A stretch of 64,000 nucleotides of DNA from Mobula hypostoma (GCF_963921235.1 NC_086118.1:14634001-14698000); one strand, 5' to 3'. Counted from the stretch's first letter, positions 37,921-51,330 are shown. Made by a program: numbers and translations. The notes: a model not told the origin generated them from the letters alone.

Positions 37921-38447
37921 CACTCAGTGGCCAATTTATTAGGTACAGGAGTGGAACCCAGTACCGTCTACTGCTGCTGTTGCCCATTTGTTTCAAGTAT
38001 TGATGTGTTGTGCATTCAGAGATGTTCTTCCACACACCATTGTAACATATGAGTTACTGTTGCCTTCCAGTCAGCTTGAACCAATCTGACTATTCCTTTC
38101 TGACCTCCATCATTAACAAAGTGTTTCCGCTCACAGAGCTGCTTCTCACTGGATGTTTTTTGTTTCTCGCAGAATTCTCTGTAAAATCTAGAGACTTTTC
38201 TGCATGAAAATCCCAGAGATCAGTAGTTTCTCAGATGCTCACACTACCCCATTCGGCACCATCAATCATTCCATGATCAAAGTGACTTAAATCCCATTTC
38301 TTCCCCATTCTGATGTTTGGTCTGAACAACAACTGAACCTCTTGACCACGCCTGCATGCTTTTGTGCATTGAGTTACTAATACATGACTGGCTGATTAGA
38401 TATTTGCATTCAAGAGTGGGTGTACCTAATAAAGTGACCACTGAGTA
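37921..38447. mobile_element. Tc1-family MITE inserted in a CR1 tail
   Basis: Ends TA|cactcagtggccaatttattaggtaca and tgtacctaataaagtgaccactgagta|TA. Confidence 0.88.
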
Positions 38448-39764
38448 TAAACATCTATGAATGACCCTGTGGCTATGAAAGTAAAGATCCTCACCAAATG
38501 AGCACCATCAAGACTATATCAACATTTTAAATAGGATAGGATAGATTTCAGCAAATTCTTTTATTGGGAGTCAAAGTAGCAGATCGGTAAACACAGAAAA
38601 ACACCTCTGGGTAAAATTCCTTGATGCCTGAAGATTACAATGGCATTATTAGTCTGAACAAGCCAAACCTCTACCCTCTATCTCCAATAACCAGAATAAT
38701 GCTACTGCCATGTTGCCTTTTTTTCACAAGGCTCATGAGATGTGAATCTGATCGTTCATTTTAGTTTAACGACTTCAAACTGAGAATTGGGGCTTTGTTA
38801 ACTTGCTGTATTAATTTGCTGCAGAGTCTCCACCTGGGCCTGTCCGCGAGTAAACCCTGGATAAAAATGATTAGATTTGGTAGTATTTCTTTGGCATTGG
38901 CTCTTAGTCTGGTCGCCTATTTGTTACTGAGCCTCATCCTGGGCCCAACAACAAAGGGTTATAATAGCTTTTATTTTAGGAATAATTTTCATAGTGAACC
39001 CTAACCCTAACCCTACCTGGATAGAGCAAATGTATTACAATTATTCTTAACTCACGGTAGCATAGTGGTTAGCCCACCGCTTTACAGCACCAGCAACCTG
39101 AGTTCAATTCCCACCACTGCACGTGAATGTGTGGGATTCCTCCAGGTGCCCCGGTTTCCTCCCACAGTCCAAAGAGGTACCAGTTGGTAATTAATTGGTC
39201 ATTGAATATTGTCCTGTGATTAGGCTAGGATTAAATCAGGGGATTGCTGGTCCTTGTGGCTTGTAGAGCCAGAAGGGCCGATTTCACACTGTATCTCAAT
39301 GAATAAATAAAATACTGGAAGTGCTCAGTAGGACTCCTGAAAAGATAGGAGGTAATCAACATTTCCTATACATACTCCTTGTTGGAGCTGAAAACAGAGG
39401 CTGTGACTGTTTAACTTAAAAGGTTAGTAGGGAGAAAGTATATACAGAAAAGGAAGAAAAGAAATTAAACAAAGATTAACATCCTAGGAGAGTTAATGGG
39501 TCCAGCAATCTACAATTTGTTTAATGGAAAACAATTCAAATGATATGAAGAGTGTCTGAGAGGGACACTGGAAATGACTGAAGAATTGTATGAATAGCTA
39601 CAATAATGACAAGAAGTGGAAGAACTCCAGGCAATGCCACTTGTTCTTGAAATGGAGGGAACTGAAGGAGAAGTAGGTAACCAAAGTCCCAAAACTACCA
39701 GGGAAACTGAGTTGACTAAACTTATGTGCTTAGATGGTAATTCCGGTGATATTTATTGTTTCAG

Positions 39765-39892
39765 CTGAAAATAATGATTTGACTCGCCAACTAGAAGAGG
39801 CGGAGAACAAAATAGGTCAACTGAACAGGACAAAAGTCATCCTGACATCACAAGTTGAAGACTTGAAAAAGCAGATTGATGAAGAATCAAAG
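39765..39892 (+). CDS. MYH16: MYH16-like exon E, 128 nt, phase 1-0
   Basis: Splice sites tgtttcag|CT and AAG|gtaaat. Translates (A)ENNDLTRQLEEAENKIGQLNRTKVILTSQVEDLKKQIDEESK; the phase matches exon D. Confidence 0.9.
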
Positions 39893-40384
39893 GTAAATAA
39901 AGGGTTGTGAATAGTGAATGGATATTTATTGATTATTTCAGGATTACTCAATCCAATCAGTTTCCTGCATTTTTCTACTAAGTGTGAATGTACACATGCC
40001 AAAGTAAGAGCATTTATTTATTTCCTTACTTACTTATTTATACTTTTTTTTAATTTTAGAGGTACAGCGTTGAACAGGCCCTTCTGGGCTACTAAGCCAT
40101 ACCACCCAGCAACCCACCAATTTAAAACTAGCCTAATCACAAGGCAATTTAATTGTACTTTTTATTAAAGTAGACAATGATCTTCCAGAGCTGAAGTCAT
40201 TGCAATGATAATCATCCCCATATAATCTCATTAATTCCATAAATTTCACATCTATGTAAACCTTACAGCATTCAAAGTGATTTTGGTTTAGACTATTTGT
40301 AATTACATTTGAGGGTACAGAGAATTCTGTGCATACAATGACCTAATTTCGAGTTATGCCTTCTGCATGATTTCACAAGCTCAC

Positions 40385-42955
40385 CAGATAAATTGGAGAA
40401 AGACCAGTTTTGATGGGACCATAAAGGATCTGGCAAGTGTGGATTGGGACAGGCTGTTTTCTGATTGAGGTGTACTTGGTAAGTGGGAGGCCTTCAAAAG
40501 TGAAATTTTGAGAGTACAAAGCTTGTATGCACCTGTCAGAATAAAAGGTAAAGATAACAAGTGTAAGGAACCTTGGTTTTTGTGCGATATTGAGGTCAAG
40601 AGAAAAGGAGGTGCATTTCAGGTATAGGCAGGGAGGGACAAATAAGAAATCAGGAGGGCTAAAAGAAGTCATGGAGTTGCCCTAGCAGACAAGGTTAATG
40701 AGAATCCTACAGGATTCTAGAGATGCTGCCTGGCCTGCTGCATTCACCAGCAACTTTGATGTGTGTTGCTTGAATTTCCAGTATCTGCAGAATTTCTGTT
40801 GTTCGGATTCTACAGATATGTTAAGAGCAAAAGGATTGCAAGGAACAAAATTGGTTCACTAGAAGATCAGAATTGTAATCCATGTGTGGAGTCAAAAGAG
40901 ATAAGGAAGATCTTAAATACATATTTGCATCTGTATTTACTCGAGAGACAGACACAGAATCTTTAAAAGTGAGGAAAGCAACAGCAAGGTCATAGACCCG
41001 ATACAGATCACAAAGTTTGCTTTCCTGAGGCAAATTAGAGTGGATAAATCCCAAGGGCTAGGCAAAGGGTTCGCTTGCACCCTGTGGGAAGCAAGTGTAC
41101 AAATTGTAGGGGCCCTAGCAGAGATATTTAAATCATCCTTAACAACAGGTGAGGTAGCGGATGATTGGAGGATAGCCAATGTTGTTCAACACTTTAAGAA
41201 AAGCTCTAAAATAAACCAGGAAATTATAGGCCAGCGGGCCTGACTCAAACATCATCATCATCATGTGCCATGTCAAATGACGTGGGCGATCATGGCCTAT
41301 GAGCCTGATTGTTCTTGGCAAATTCTACGGAAGTGGTTTGCCATTGCCTTCTGGGCAGTTGACCTCAGACATTATCAATACTCTTTGGAGATTGTCTGCC
41401 TGGCGTCAGTGGTTGCATAACTAACACATGATATGCACCGGCTGCTCGTACAACCATCCACCACCTACTCTCATGACTTCACGTAGGAGGGCTTAACAGG
41501 TGCTACACCTTGAGCAAGGGTGATTGCAGGCTAGCAGAGGAAAGAAATCCCTTATACTTCCATCGGTAGAGACGTATACCCTCCCTGCCACCTGAAACTA
41601 ACATCAATGGTTTGAAAGTTACTGGAAGGGATATATGAGTGTTTGGATAGACAGGGACTGACTAGGGAAAGTCAGCATTGCTTTGTGTATGGTAGGTTGT
41701 GTCTAAATCAATCTTGTAGAGTTTTCTGAGGAGGTTACCAGGAAGGTGGATAGAGGCAAGGCAATGAATGTTACCTACATGGACTTTCGCAAGGCACTTA
41801 ACAAGGCCCCACGTGGGAGGTTGGTCAGGAAGGTTCAGTCACTTGGCATTCAAGATAGGTAGTAAATTGGATTGGAATTTGGCTTTGTGGGAGAAGGCAG
41901 AGAGTGGTTGTAAATTGTTGTGTCTCTGACTGAAGGCCTGTGACTAGTGGAGTGCTGCAGGGATCGGTGCTGGGTCCATTGTAGTTTGTCATCTTTATCA
42001 ATGATCTGGATGATAATGTGATTAATTGGATCAGCAAATTTGCAGATGACACCAAGATTGGGGGTGTAGTGGACAACAAGGAAAACTATCAAAGATTGCA
42101 GCATGATCTGAATCAGTTAGTAAAATGGGCTAAAAAGTGGCAGGTGGCATTTAATGCAGACAAATGCGAGATGTTGCTCTTTGTTAGGACCATCCAGGTA
42201 GGTCTCACACAGGGAACAGTAGGGTACTGAAGAGTGTAGAAAAACAAGGAATCTGGGAGTACAGGTCCATCGTTCATTGAAAGTGGAGTCATAGGTAAAC
42301 AGAGTCATAAGGAAACCTTTCGGCACATAGGCCTTCATCAATCAAATTATTGAGTACAGGAGATGAAATGCCATGTTGAAGTTGGATAACACATTGGTCA
42401 GTCCTAATTTGGAGTATTGTGTGCAAATTTGGTCACTTACCTACAGGAGAGTTGTAAATAAGGTTGAGAGAGTACAGAGAAAATTTACAAGATGGTGCCA
42501 GGACTGGAGGACCTGAATTATAAGGAAAGACTAAATATTTTAGGGCTTTATTCCTTGGAACATAGAAGACTGAGAGGTGATTTGATACAGATACACAAAA
42601 TTAAGAGGGATATAGATAGGGTAAGTGGAAGCATGCTTTTTCCATTGAGATTAGGTGGGACTATAACTAGGAGCCATGGACTAAGGGTGAAAAGTGAAAT
42701 GTTTAAGGGTGAACATGAGGGGAAACTTCTCCTTTCAAGGGGTCGTGGGAGTGTGGAATGAGCTGCCAGCACTACTGGTGCACATGAGCTCAATTTCAAC
42801 ATTTAAGAGAAGTTTAGACAGGTACATGGATGGCAGTGGTATGGAGGGCTATGGTCCAGTGCAGATCGATGGGAGTAGGCAGTTTAAATGGTTTGACGTT
42901 GACTAAATGGGCTGAAGGGTCTATTTCTGTGATGTTGGATGACTCTATGACACAT
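40385..42955 (+). mobile_element. Long decayed CR1 ORF2 with a nested PLE terminus (40720-40804, TSD ggattcta) and an RTE-type SINE
   Basis: ORFs 41040-41243 (DDWRIANVV), 42018-42230 (ISKFADDTKIGG) and 42492-42761; tail gactctatgac. Confidence 0.9.
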
Positions 42956-44129
42956 TCTGTGTTGTATCTCCTTGTGGGTTCATAATTATTTTGTAATTTT
43001 TCTGATATTTCAGTTACAGTCAAGTATACATTGAGTTTTGTGCTGCAGCATTGCAAATGTTGGCCAAATTTACCTGCACAAAAAGTTTGCATCTTCCTGA
43101 GAGATACGCCACACATGCAGTGTTGATAAGAATTAAGTAAAAAGTGATGACTTGTAAGAAATATATAATTACGGTGGATTTTGGTTAATGGAGCCATCAG
43201 TTAATCGGGGCAGCCGCTTCTTTGGAATAACTCTTAAAGAACAAGAACTAATCGAGAAAATAGCCAAGATTCCCTTCATTTATTTGGGACACTCTTCCAC
43301 TTTATTGGGATAGGAGACTGTTGCCGAACAGTTTCTAACTAGCGTAAGTTGCTTGTGTTTGTGTTCAAAAAGCAGTGATTTTTGTTAGTTAGCAAGAAAC
43401 AAGCAAACAGTAAGGAAATTCAGAACTGTTTTGCTCACTGTGGTTTCAAGCATTCAGACTTGGAGATGCTAGAAATGGCTGGGAGTGAAAATGAAATGAT
43501 TTCACTAATTCAGCAAGTTAGGAACTAAGAATTTGAAGGTATTGACCATCATCTTAAATGTTACAATGAAAATGAAGATATGAGGATGCAGTTGTCAAAA
43601 GTATTGTATGAATGCAGTTCATTATCTGCACTAGGTGTTTGTGCTGATTTTTATTAATAGTCAATCAAAAGAGCCCAACAGCGTCTATTCCTCTGTTGAT
43701 AACTATTAGGATCTAATATACAGTTTTATAGCACTTTAGTAGAATTGATAGTTTTCTAATTTGTTCTGAATTTAATATAAATACATAATTTGTTACTCAA
43801 TTAAATGGTAGTTTGTCTTTTTTATACCTTTTTAATTATTTCCATGAAACTTCGGCTAATTAGAGCAGCTATTTAATTAGGCCAAAACGTATCGGTCCTG
43901 ATGTGTTCCAATAAACCAAAATCCACTTTTTCCCTTACCTGTTCCAGTTTTGGCCTGAAATCAGCCAGAGTGAAATAGTTTCCAGCTACTTTCCTGGAAG
44001 TGAAGAGTACTGAATGTCTCAAGTTGTTCGAGTGCCGAAATGGAGAAGCCTAAATACTGAGCTAGATTTGTCCCCAGATTCAGTAACTCAACAAAGTTTC
44101 TGGGACCCAGCTGCAGCGTGTCTAAGTGG

Positions 44130-44346
44130 ACACTCACAACACGCTGGAGGAACTCAGCAGGTCGAGCAGCATCCGTGGAAAAGATTGGTCGACGTTTCAG
44201 GCCGGAACCCTTCGTCAGGACTGTCAGGGGAAGGGGCAGAGGCCCTATAAAGAAGGTGGGGGGGAAGGCTGGTAGGTTCCAGGTGAAAAACCGGTTAGGG
44301 GAAAGATAAAGGGGTGGGGGAAGGGAGGCAAGGAGGTGATAGGCAA
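44130..44346 (-). mobile_element. PLE terminal repeat
   Basis: Homologous to the PLE terminus at ~31950-32200. 12-bp TSD gtgtctaagtgg (44118-44129) and gtatctaagtgg (44347-44358). Confidence 0.85.
44187..44222 (-). ncRNA. Minimal type-I hammerhead ribozyme motif (PLE), intact core, antisense to MYH16
   Basis: Reverse strand reads aguc-CUGACGA-a-ggguuccggccu-GAAA-c-GUC/-gacc. Confidence 0.7.
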
Positions 44347-44542
44347 GTATCTAAGTGGTCCTTGTCATGAACAGCAGGAGTCAAGAGTGTAAATCCAGGA
44401 AGGGGTGTTGCTCCTGCCAACTGGATGAAAGCCACATCCCCAGTGCTTTAGGGCAGGTCTTCAATTTACCTGTTACTGGGATGCAACTGCTGTTAAGCTG
44501 TGGAGAGTTTCCATCACTACAGACCTTGTGGTGGAAATTTCT

Positions 44543-46320
44543 TAGAGTCATAGAGCACCACAGCACAGAAATAAGCTAATTGGCCCAGGTAGTCTGTGCT
44601 GACCTGTTTTTCTGCCTAGTCCCGTCTACCTACACTGGGATCATTGTCATCTACATTCCTCTCTAACATGATTAAATGTTGCAGCTGAACCTGAATCCAT
44701 AATTTCCACTGGCAGTTTGTTTACACTCACTCACACAACACTCTGAGTGAAATTGCCCTTAAGTAGTTCACCTATCACTCTAAACTTTTGACCTCTAGTT
44801 CAAATCTCACCCAACCAAGATGAAAAAAAGCCTGCATGTATTTACCCTATCTATTCCCCTCATAACTTTGTATACCTCCATAAGATCTTCCCTCACTCTC
44901 CTACACGCTAGGGAATAAAGTCCTAGCCTTCTCAATCTTTCACTATAAACTCAGGTCCTGGCAACATATTTGTAAATTTTCTCTGCAGTCTTTCAATTTT
45001 ATTGATAACTTTTTCTGTAGATAGGTAACCAGAACTGCACACAATACTCCAAATTTGGCCTCAATAACATCTCATACAACATTAACATAACATGCCAACT
45101 CCTCTACTCAGTGCTCTGATTTATGAAGGCGAATGTGCTACAAACTCTCTTTATGACCGTATCTACCTGTACAATGTTGTTGCATCAATGAAGTCACTGG
45201 AGAAAAGTACTGGTAGATACAAAGCAGCTTCTTTAATCATCAAAACAAGGTGTAGCAGGCATCATATGAGATGCTTTCGGTTGAAAGGTCTGACCGGCCC
45301 AACTTGGGGCTCGATATTTTATCTGCCAAACATCAAAGGACAACTTCATATTTACAAAGTATGGACAATGCTTTCTTTGAAACCACATACAATCTTCACA
45401 CCTCCTGATTCACATCCACACCACAGACATCCAAATGAATTTTGATCAGCATTGTCTGGTCTGGGATTCACTGCTTTTAGAGCTTGTTCAGAGCTGCACT
45501 CCAAATTAAATCCACAATCCATATTCAGATGTGAAGACTGGTAGCCAAAGTCAATTGCTGGATGTATATGTCCTAAACCCAAAAATCACTCTAACAACAC
45601 TACGCTCAAGGAATGATGGGTCCTAGTCCTTAAGTTCCCCACTGTTCACCGTGCAAGTCCTACCCTGATTTATCCTCCCAATTTGCAACATGCCACTCTT
45701 GTTTACATAAAATCCCAACTTGCATTTCTCAGCCCTTTTTTCCAACTGGTCCAGATCCCATTGCAAGCTTTGAAAGCCTTCCTTGCTGTCCACTACAACC
45801 CAATCTTGGTGTCATCCACATATTTGCTGAACCCGTTTACCACATTTTCAAGTAAATTATTAACATTAATGATGAACAACAAAGGACCCAGCTCTGATCC
45901 CTGTGGCAGACCATTAGTCACAGGCCTCCAGTCAGAGAGACAACCATCTACTGCCACTCGGACTTCTCCCAGCTTCTGGACCAGCTTCTTTGTCAATAGC
46001 CATGCTAAAGTCAATGTAGATAATTACCATTGCCTTTTCTCCATCAATCTTCTCGTAATCTTCACAAAAACCCTATAAGATTGGTTAGACATGACCTAAC
46101 ATGCAGAAAACCGTGATGACTATCCCTAACCAGGCCCTGTTTATCCAAATACCTATATGTACAGTTACTTAGAAAACCTTCTAGTAATTTATCTATCCCT
46201 GACATCAGGCTCACTGCCTTGTAATTTCCCAGCACGTTCTTAGAGCCTTTCTTGACAGTCCTTCAATACCTCCCCCATTTTAAGTAAGTTTGCTAGGGCA
46301 CCTGCAATTTCTGAACAACT
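44543..46320 (-). mobile_element. Decayed CR1 with an LTR-like insertion
   Basis: ORF 45793-46014 (LPQGSELGPLLF...KYVDDTK); CR1 tail at ~44545. Confidence 0.85.
45175..45599 (-). mobile_element. Putative solo LTR (425 bp)
   Basis: Non-CR1 insert bounded by the inverted ends tgttgtt and aacaaca. The reverse strand has a TATA-like ataaaa then attaaa. No clear TSD. Confidence 0.5.
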
Positions 46321-46809
46321 TCTTCTTTAGGTGAGGAGTTCTCAATGTCAGCCCTGCAGTGAGGAGGTAATACCATTACATTTCCAAGTCAGGATGATGT
46401 GTGATTTAGAAAGCAAACTGATAAGAGGTGGTGTTCATGTATTTGCTGTGTAGTTGCTGTTTGTGAGGTGTTGGACCTAAGATCTGGGCGAGCTGAGACA
46501 GCACTCATTGATGGTACACAATAATAGTTCAATCATTCATGGACCATTTAGAAATTTGTTGGCAGAGGAGAGGTAGCTGTTGCTGAATTGTTGAGTATGG
46601 GTTACTGTTCCCTCTCAGCTGTGCAGGCATTAATTGAAATGCTCCCACACACATAGCATTTGTTGACACGCAGTTGGAATTTTCTTTGATTATTATGTTT
46701 ATTAAAGTGCTGTGCAGTTTTCAGGCCATGTAAAAATTTCCTACTCAGAGCAATGGTTGGTCCACGCAGCTATATAAAAAAAGAAATTAGAGGGAATATT
46801 TGTGTGGGT

Positions 46810-47285
46810 CTTCAATCTCCGTGCCTGCTCCATGATGGCAGTGATAAGAAGAGGGCCCAAGTTGGATGTTGAGGGTCACCAGTGACACCCACCTTCTTAA
46901 GGCACTGTCTTTTAAAGATGTCCTCAGTGGTGGGGAGGGTTCTGCCCGTGAAGGAGATGGCTGAGTTTACAACTCTCTGCAGCTTCTTGTGATGAGCATT
47001 GGAACCTCCATACCAGGCTATGATGCAACTAGTCAGATTGCTCTCCATTGTACATCTATAGAAATTTGAAAGAGTCTGTGGTATCCTACCAAATCTCCTC
47101 AAACTCCAAAGGAAGTAAAGCCAGTGGCGTGCCTTCTTTATGATTGTGTCAATATTTCAGTCTCAGACCTTCTGAGATGTTATCACCCAGGAACTTGAAA
47201 GTATTCACCCATTCCATCATCAACCGCCCCCCCCCCCCATGAGGACTGGTTTTCTGATTTCCCCATCCTAAAGTCCATCATCTTG
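46810..47285 (-). mobile_element. Rex1/Babar-like LINE fragment
   Basis: ORF 46812-47102 reads LSNFYRCTMESNLTSCIIAWYG...KLQRVVNSA. Confidence 0.8.
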
Positions 47286-48899
47286 TGAAACCATTCAACC
47301 AGCTAATTCATCTCACTCAGGTTTGTATACTGCATACGTACTTTGATAACAAATATACATTGAATCTTAGAATATTTATATCTCATAAAAACAAAGTCAA
47401 ACTAATAGATCGGCAGCCATGTGGCTGCATAGGTCCAACTCAGATGCTTGTGCTGTTAAATTACTGATCATTGTGGGTGCCACAATGTCAGATTTACACG
47501 AATGATTAATGATTGGAAGACATGGGGAAACCTTGTATTGTAGCAGCAAGCCGTAAGTGGTAAGCTTAACACTATTTCAGCATCAGTGACCTGGGTTCAA
47601 TTCCCGCTGCTGTCTGTAGGCAACCTGTCCATTTCCTCCTGGTGCTTCAGTTTCCTCCCATATTCCAAATATGTTTAATAGGCTAATTGGCACATGGACG
47701 TAATTGGGCTTGCTAGGGCAAATTGGCCTATTACTGTGCTATATCTCTAAATAAAAATAATATAAATAAATGCATACATAAATAAAGGACAATGTTGTGT
47801 TGAGTGGATAATTGGAAAGCTATTTAATTCAAGACAGGTTGGAAAGACATTAATCTTTTGCATTCCAGTGCTAACATGTTAAGAATGGAAGCACCTACCC
47901 CATGTAATTTTTGGAAGATATGTGCCAAAATTTTCAATTTGTACTGCAGAACCTGGAGGGACAATATCTGAGTTTCTTTGCAGCAATATTGCAGCTTAAT
48001 ATCTCTTTGGTTCGGTTAGTTCCATTCGATATACTGAAGAGAGGTTATGTAGCCAGTCTAGAAGTTTCAATCATGGCTCCCACTGCTGCAGGGATTACAA
48101 GCCATGAGTTTCACTCTGCATCTTAATAGGTTCAAGGTAAGAGTTGTAACTAGAGCCAGTCGCATAAAGCTGATTATTTGGATGGAAACTGCAAAGATGT
48201 TGGCCTGTTGCTGAATATGAGTACGTGGTTCAAATCAGGGATGACAGGAAACTGCCTGATCTTCAACTTCCAATCCAGGTAGCAGTGGAGCCATGGAACA
48301 CTGAATCTGTAACAAAACTTTGATTTGTTTATAGTATGATGCCCTTTTCTCTGTCCAACAGCTTTCTTTATGCCAGCAATAAATCATTTCATTTCCAAGA
48401 ATGTAGTAACTTAATCTGTTATTATACCATCCTTACCACAAACATGTGTTTTCCTTAAAGGCTGCATATTAGAACAGCAATGAACCTAAAGATGAGAACA
48501 GGACATTAAAAAAAATTAGAAGCAGACAAAGGACACTCAGCTCATCAACACTCACAAAATGCTGGAGGAACTCAACAGGTCAGGCAGCATCTATGGAAAT
48601 AAATAAGCAGTCAACTCTTCAGGCCGAGACCCTTCATCAGGACATCAGCCCATGAAGCCTGCCCCACTATTCAGTAAAATCAAAACGTCATTTCGTCTGC
48701 ACCAATCTCCCATATTCATCACTGCCCAGGTTTTTTTAAATTATTTATCTCCTTTCACCTTAAATACCTCCTCCTTCCCCATGATGTAGCCTCCAAAATC
48801 CTCCAGGGTAGGGAATTCCAGGGACTCAACATCCTGAACAAGGTCATTGAAACAATGTCTTGATTTCCTGTGTCTAAATACTTGATCTTCTTACTTCAG

Positions 48900-49096
48900 T
48901 TGAAGAGCACGATGGCCGCAAGCCTCTCAAGTGTCAAGCAGGACAACGAGCTGCTGAAGGAGCAAGTTGAGGAGGAGCAGGAGAGTAAGTCCGAACTGCA
49001 GAGGCTCATTTCCAAACTGAACAGTGAGGTCACCCATTGGCGGACTCGCTATGAAACTGATGCCATTCAGAGAACTGATGAGCTTGAGGAGTCCAA
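48900..49096 (+). CDS. MYH16: MYH16-like exon F, 197 nt, phase 0-2
   Basis: Splice sites acttcag|TTG and CCAA|gtaagc. Translates [65 protein letters not shown](K). KSELQRL.SKLN.EV is MYH16-like, and the length equals the homologous 197-nt exon of vertebrate MYH genes. Confidence 0.93.
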
Positions 49097-50341
49097 GTAA
49101 GCAACTGGTTTGTTATCAGATACTCCAGAAATCAGCTTATTAGCCTATGGGCAACTGTAATGGTCTCTGGTGGTAAAGCATGACCTTTTCAATGAAATTC
49201 ATTGCATCTTGGGAACACTTACATTAACAACCATAATGTGGAGACAGATTTGATCATCCGGTGACACAGAGGACACTGATTGTGAATGGGCACATTAACT
49301 ACTTAAAAATAAACAGTGAAGCTAGCTAAACAAGTGCTCATCTAAACTACACAAGACCACAATACTGAACATTCAGTCACCCTTTAACTTAACAGGTACT
49401 CCATTAAATCTCCCCAAATTATAAGACTGAAGAACTAAAGATATTACAAACAAATACTTAACTAACCAAACCTAGGGGGTGCACGTCTATCTCTTTCTCA
49501 ATGGTCACGACTTCAGCCTGAAGTGGCCCCTGGATAGAAAAGAAAGAGGCCAAGCCTCCCACACAAGCTGTCCCTATACCACCCCCACCCCACCCCCCAA
49601 GGAGCCCATGATGTTTAATTTGATAAAATTTGTCTATAGCTGATATTCACCAGCTAATACATTGACAGTTTTTTCTTCATCTCGGCAACAAGTTGAAGTT
49701 CAGTATTGCTGAATCACTTAGTTTAGTAAAACTCCGATAATCTGTATCCAGTTGTTTGAGAACCGTTGATTCAACCTCAGAAGTGCTGATGCCCATGCTC
49801 CCTTTGACATACAGGAACTATGGTTCCTGCACTTTCTTGAACACACTGGAACCTTGGTTCCAGCACTCCATTTAACACCCAGGGGCTCCAGGTTCTACAC
49901 TCCCTCTAACACACTGAGGCCCCAGTTCCTGTATACCCTTTAATATAGAGGAGCTCTGGTCCCCATTCTCTGTTAAAGGTTTAATGAAATTTTACTGTAA
50001 TTTCGAAGGGTTACTGTGAAGTCAACTGCAAATGACTAGATTATCTAGATCATTGGTCATAACTGCTACTCCTGCTTGGTTTTCTTCCAGATACTGAACT
50101 AATAATAAAATTTAATCCAAAAAAAACTTCAAAGAATACTCCAGCTCTTTTAGTTTACTTAAATAATGGAATCCCAATAAATTAATCATCTTTACTTGTT
50201 TGATATCCTCTTTGCTAGGTAAGATTTACAGTAATTAGAATAGCTGATTTAAGATTTGTTTGGCCTGTACATTAATCCCATGTTATCTGTCTGTGAAAGA
50301 TAAAATATGGGTGACTGCTTGGACGGTCCCTTGGGAATTTG

Positions 50342-50681
50342 GCCAGGCAGAATCTCTAGGAAGAGGTACAGTGGAAGTTTCAGGCCGAGACCCTTCGTCA
50401 GGACTAACTGAAGGAAGAGTTAGTAAAAGATTTGAAAGTGGGAGTGGGAGGGGGAGGGGGAGATCCGAAATGATAGGAGAAGACTATCATTTTGGATCTC
50501 CCCCTCCCCCTCCCACTTTCAAAACTCTTACTAACTCTTCCTTCAGTTAGTCCTGACGAAGGGTCTCGGCCTGAAACTTCGACTGTACCTCTTCCTAGAG
50601 ATGCTGCCTGGCCTGCTGCGTTCACCAGCAACTTTGATGTGTGTTGCTTGAATTTCCAGCATCTGCAGAATTCCTGTTGTT
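50342..50681. mobile_element. PLE insertion made of two inverted termini
   Basis: Arms 50341-50476 and 50484-50613 are reverse complements. Exact 15-bp TSD tcccttgggaatttg at 50327-50341 and 50682-50696. Confidence 0.92.
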
Positions 50682-50929
50682 TCCCTTGGGAATTTGAAGG
50701 TTTTTGGTTTATGATATTGTGACTGGGATTTTGTGAAAATGTTGTGTTTACCAGCTTGTTTCTCCTTTTTCTTAAGAGCCCTTACAGACCTTGTGAAATT
50801 CCTCACAGTACAGTAAAGCATAGCACACACCTTGAATACAAATGTTCTGTATGTGGTATATCCTGATATCTAGAAAGATCAAAATTGGCACATAGTCTAG
50901 GGATTGGAGATACATTTTCTAAGAGTGTA

Positions 50930-51330
50930 GTGAGGATAAGCTCCCACTATCTATTAACAGCTACCAATGCCATGAGTCTCAAATAGCCTCTGACAGCCAA
51001 GTCCAATTCCTCATCTTCACATGTGGCTTAGTTACTACACCTAGTGAAACAGTTTCTACTGACAGGAGAAGGGGTAAAGGCACCTTAAAACCTGCTGCTT
51101 CAGGCAGCTGGGGCTCACCAGCTGTGGTTGGCAGCTCATCTAGGAGAAGGAAACCTCTTGATCACAAACCTCCGCTGCCTTGTGACTATACCCACTCACG
51201 TCGAAGGCTTCAGGAGAAAATTCTGAGCTGGAGAAGATTAGGCAATCCAAAATTGAGTTCAATGCTGACTGGCAACTCCTGCGATGTTTCGGTTTCACCA
51301 ATCCTTCAGATTTGTCAACTGCATGGACGT
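50930..51330 (+). mobile_element. RTE-clade 5' region, second and more decayed copy
   Basis: Aligns to the reverse complement of ~5400-5790. Confidence 0.6.
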
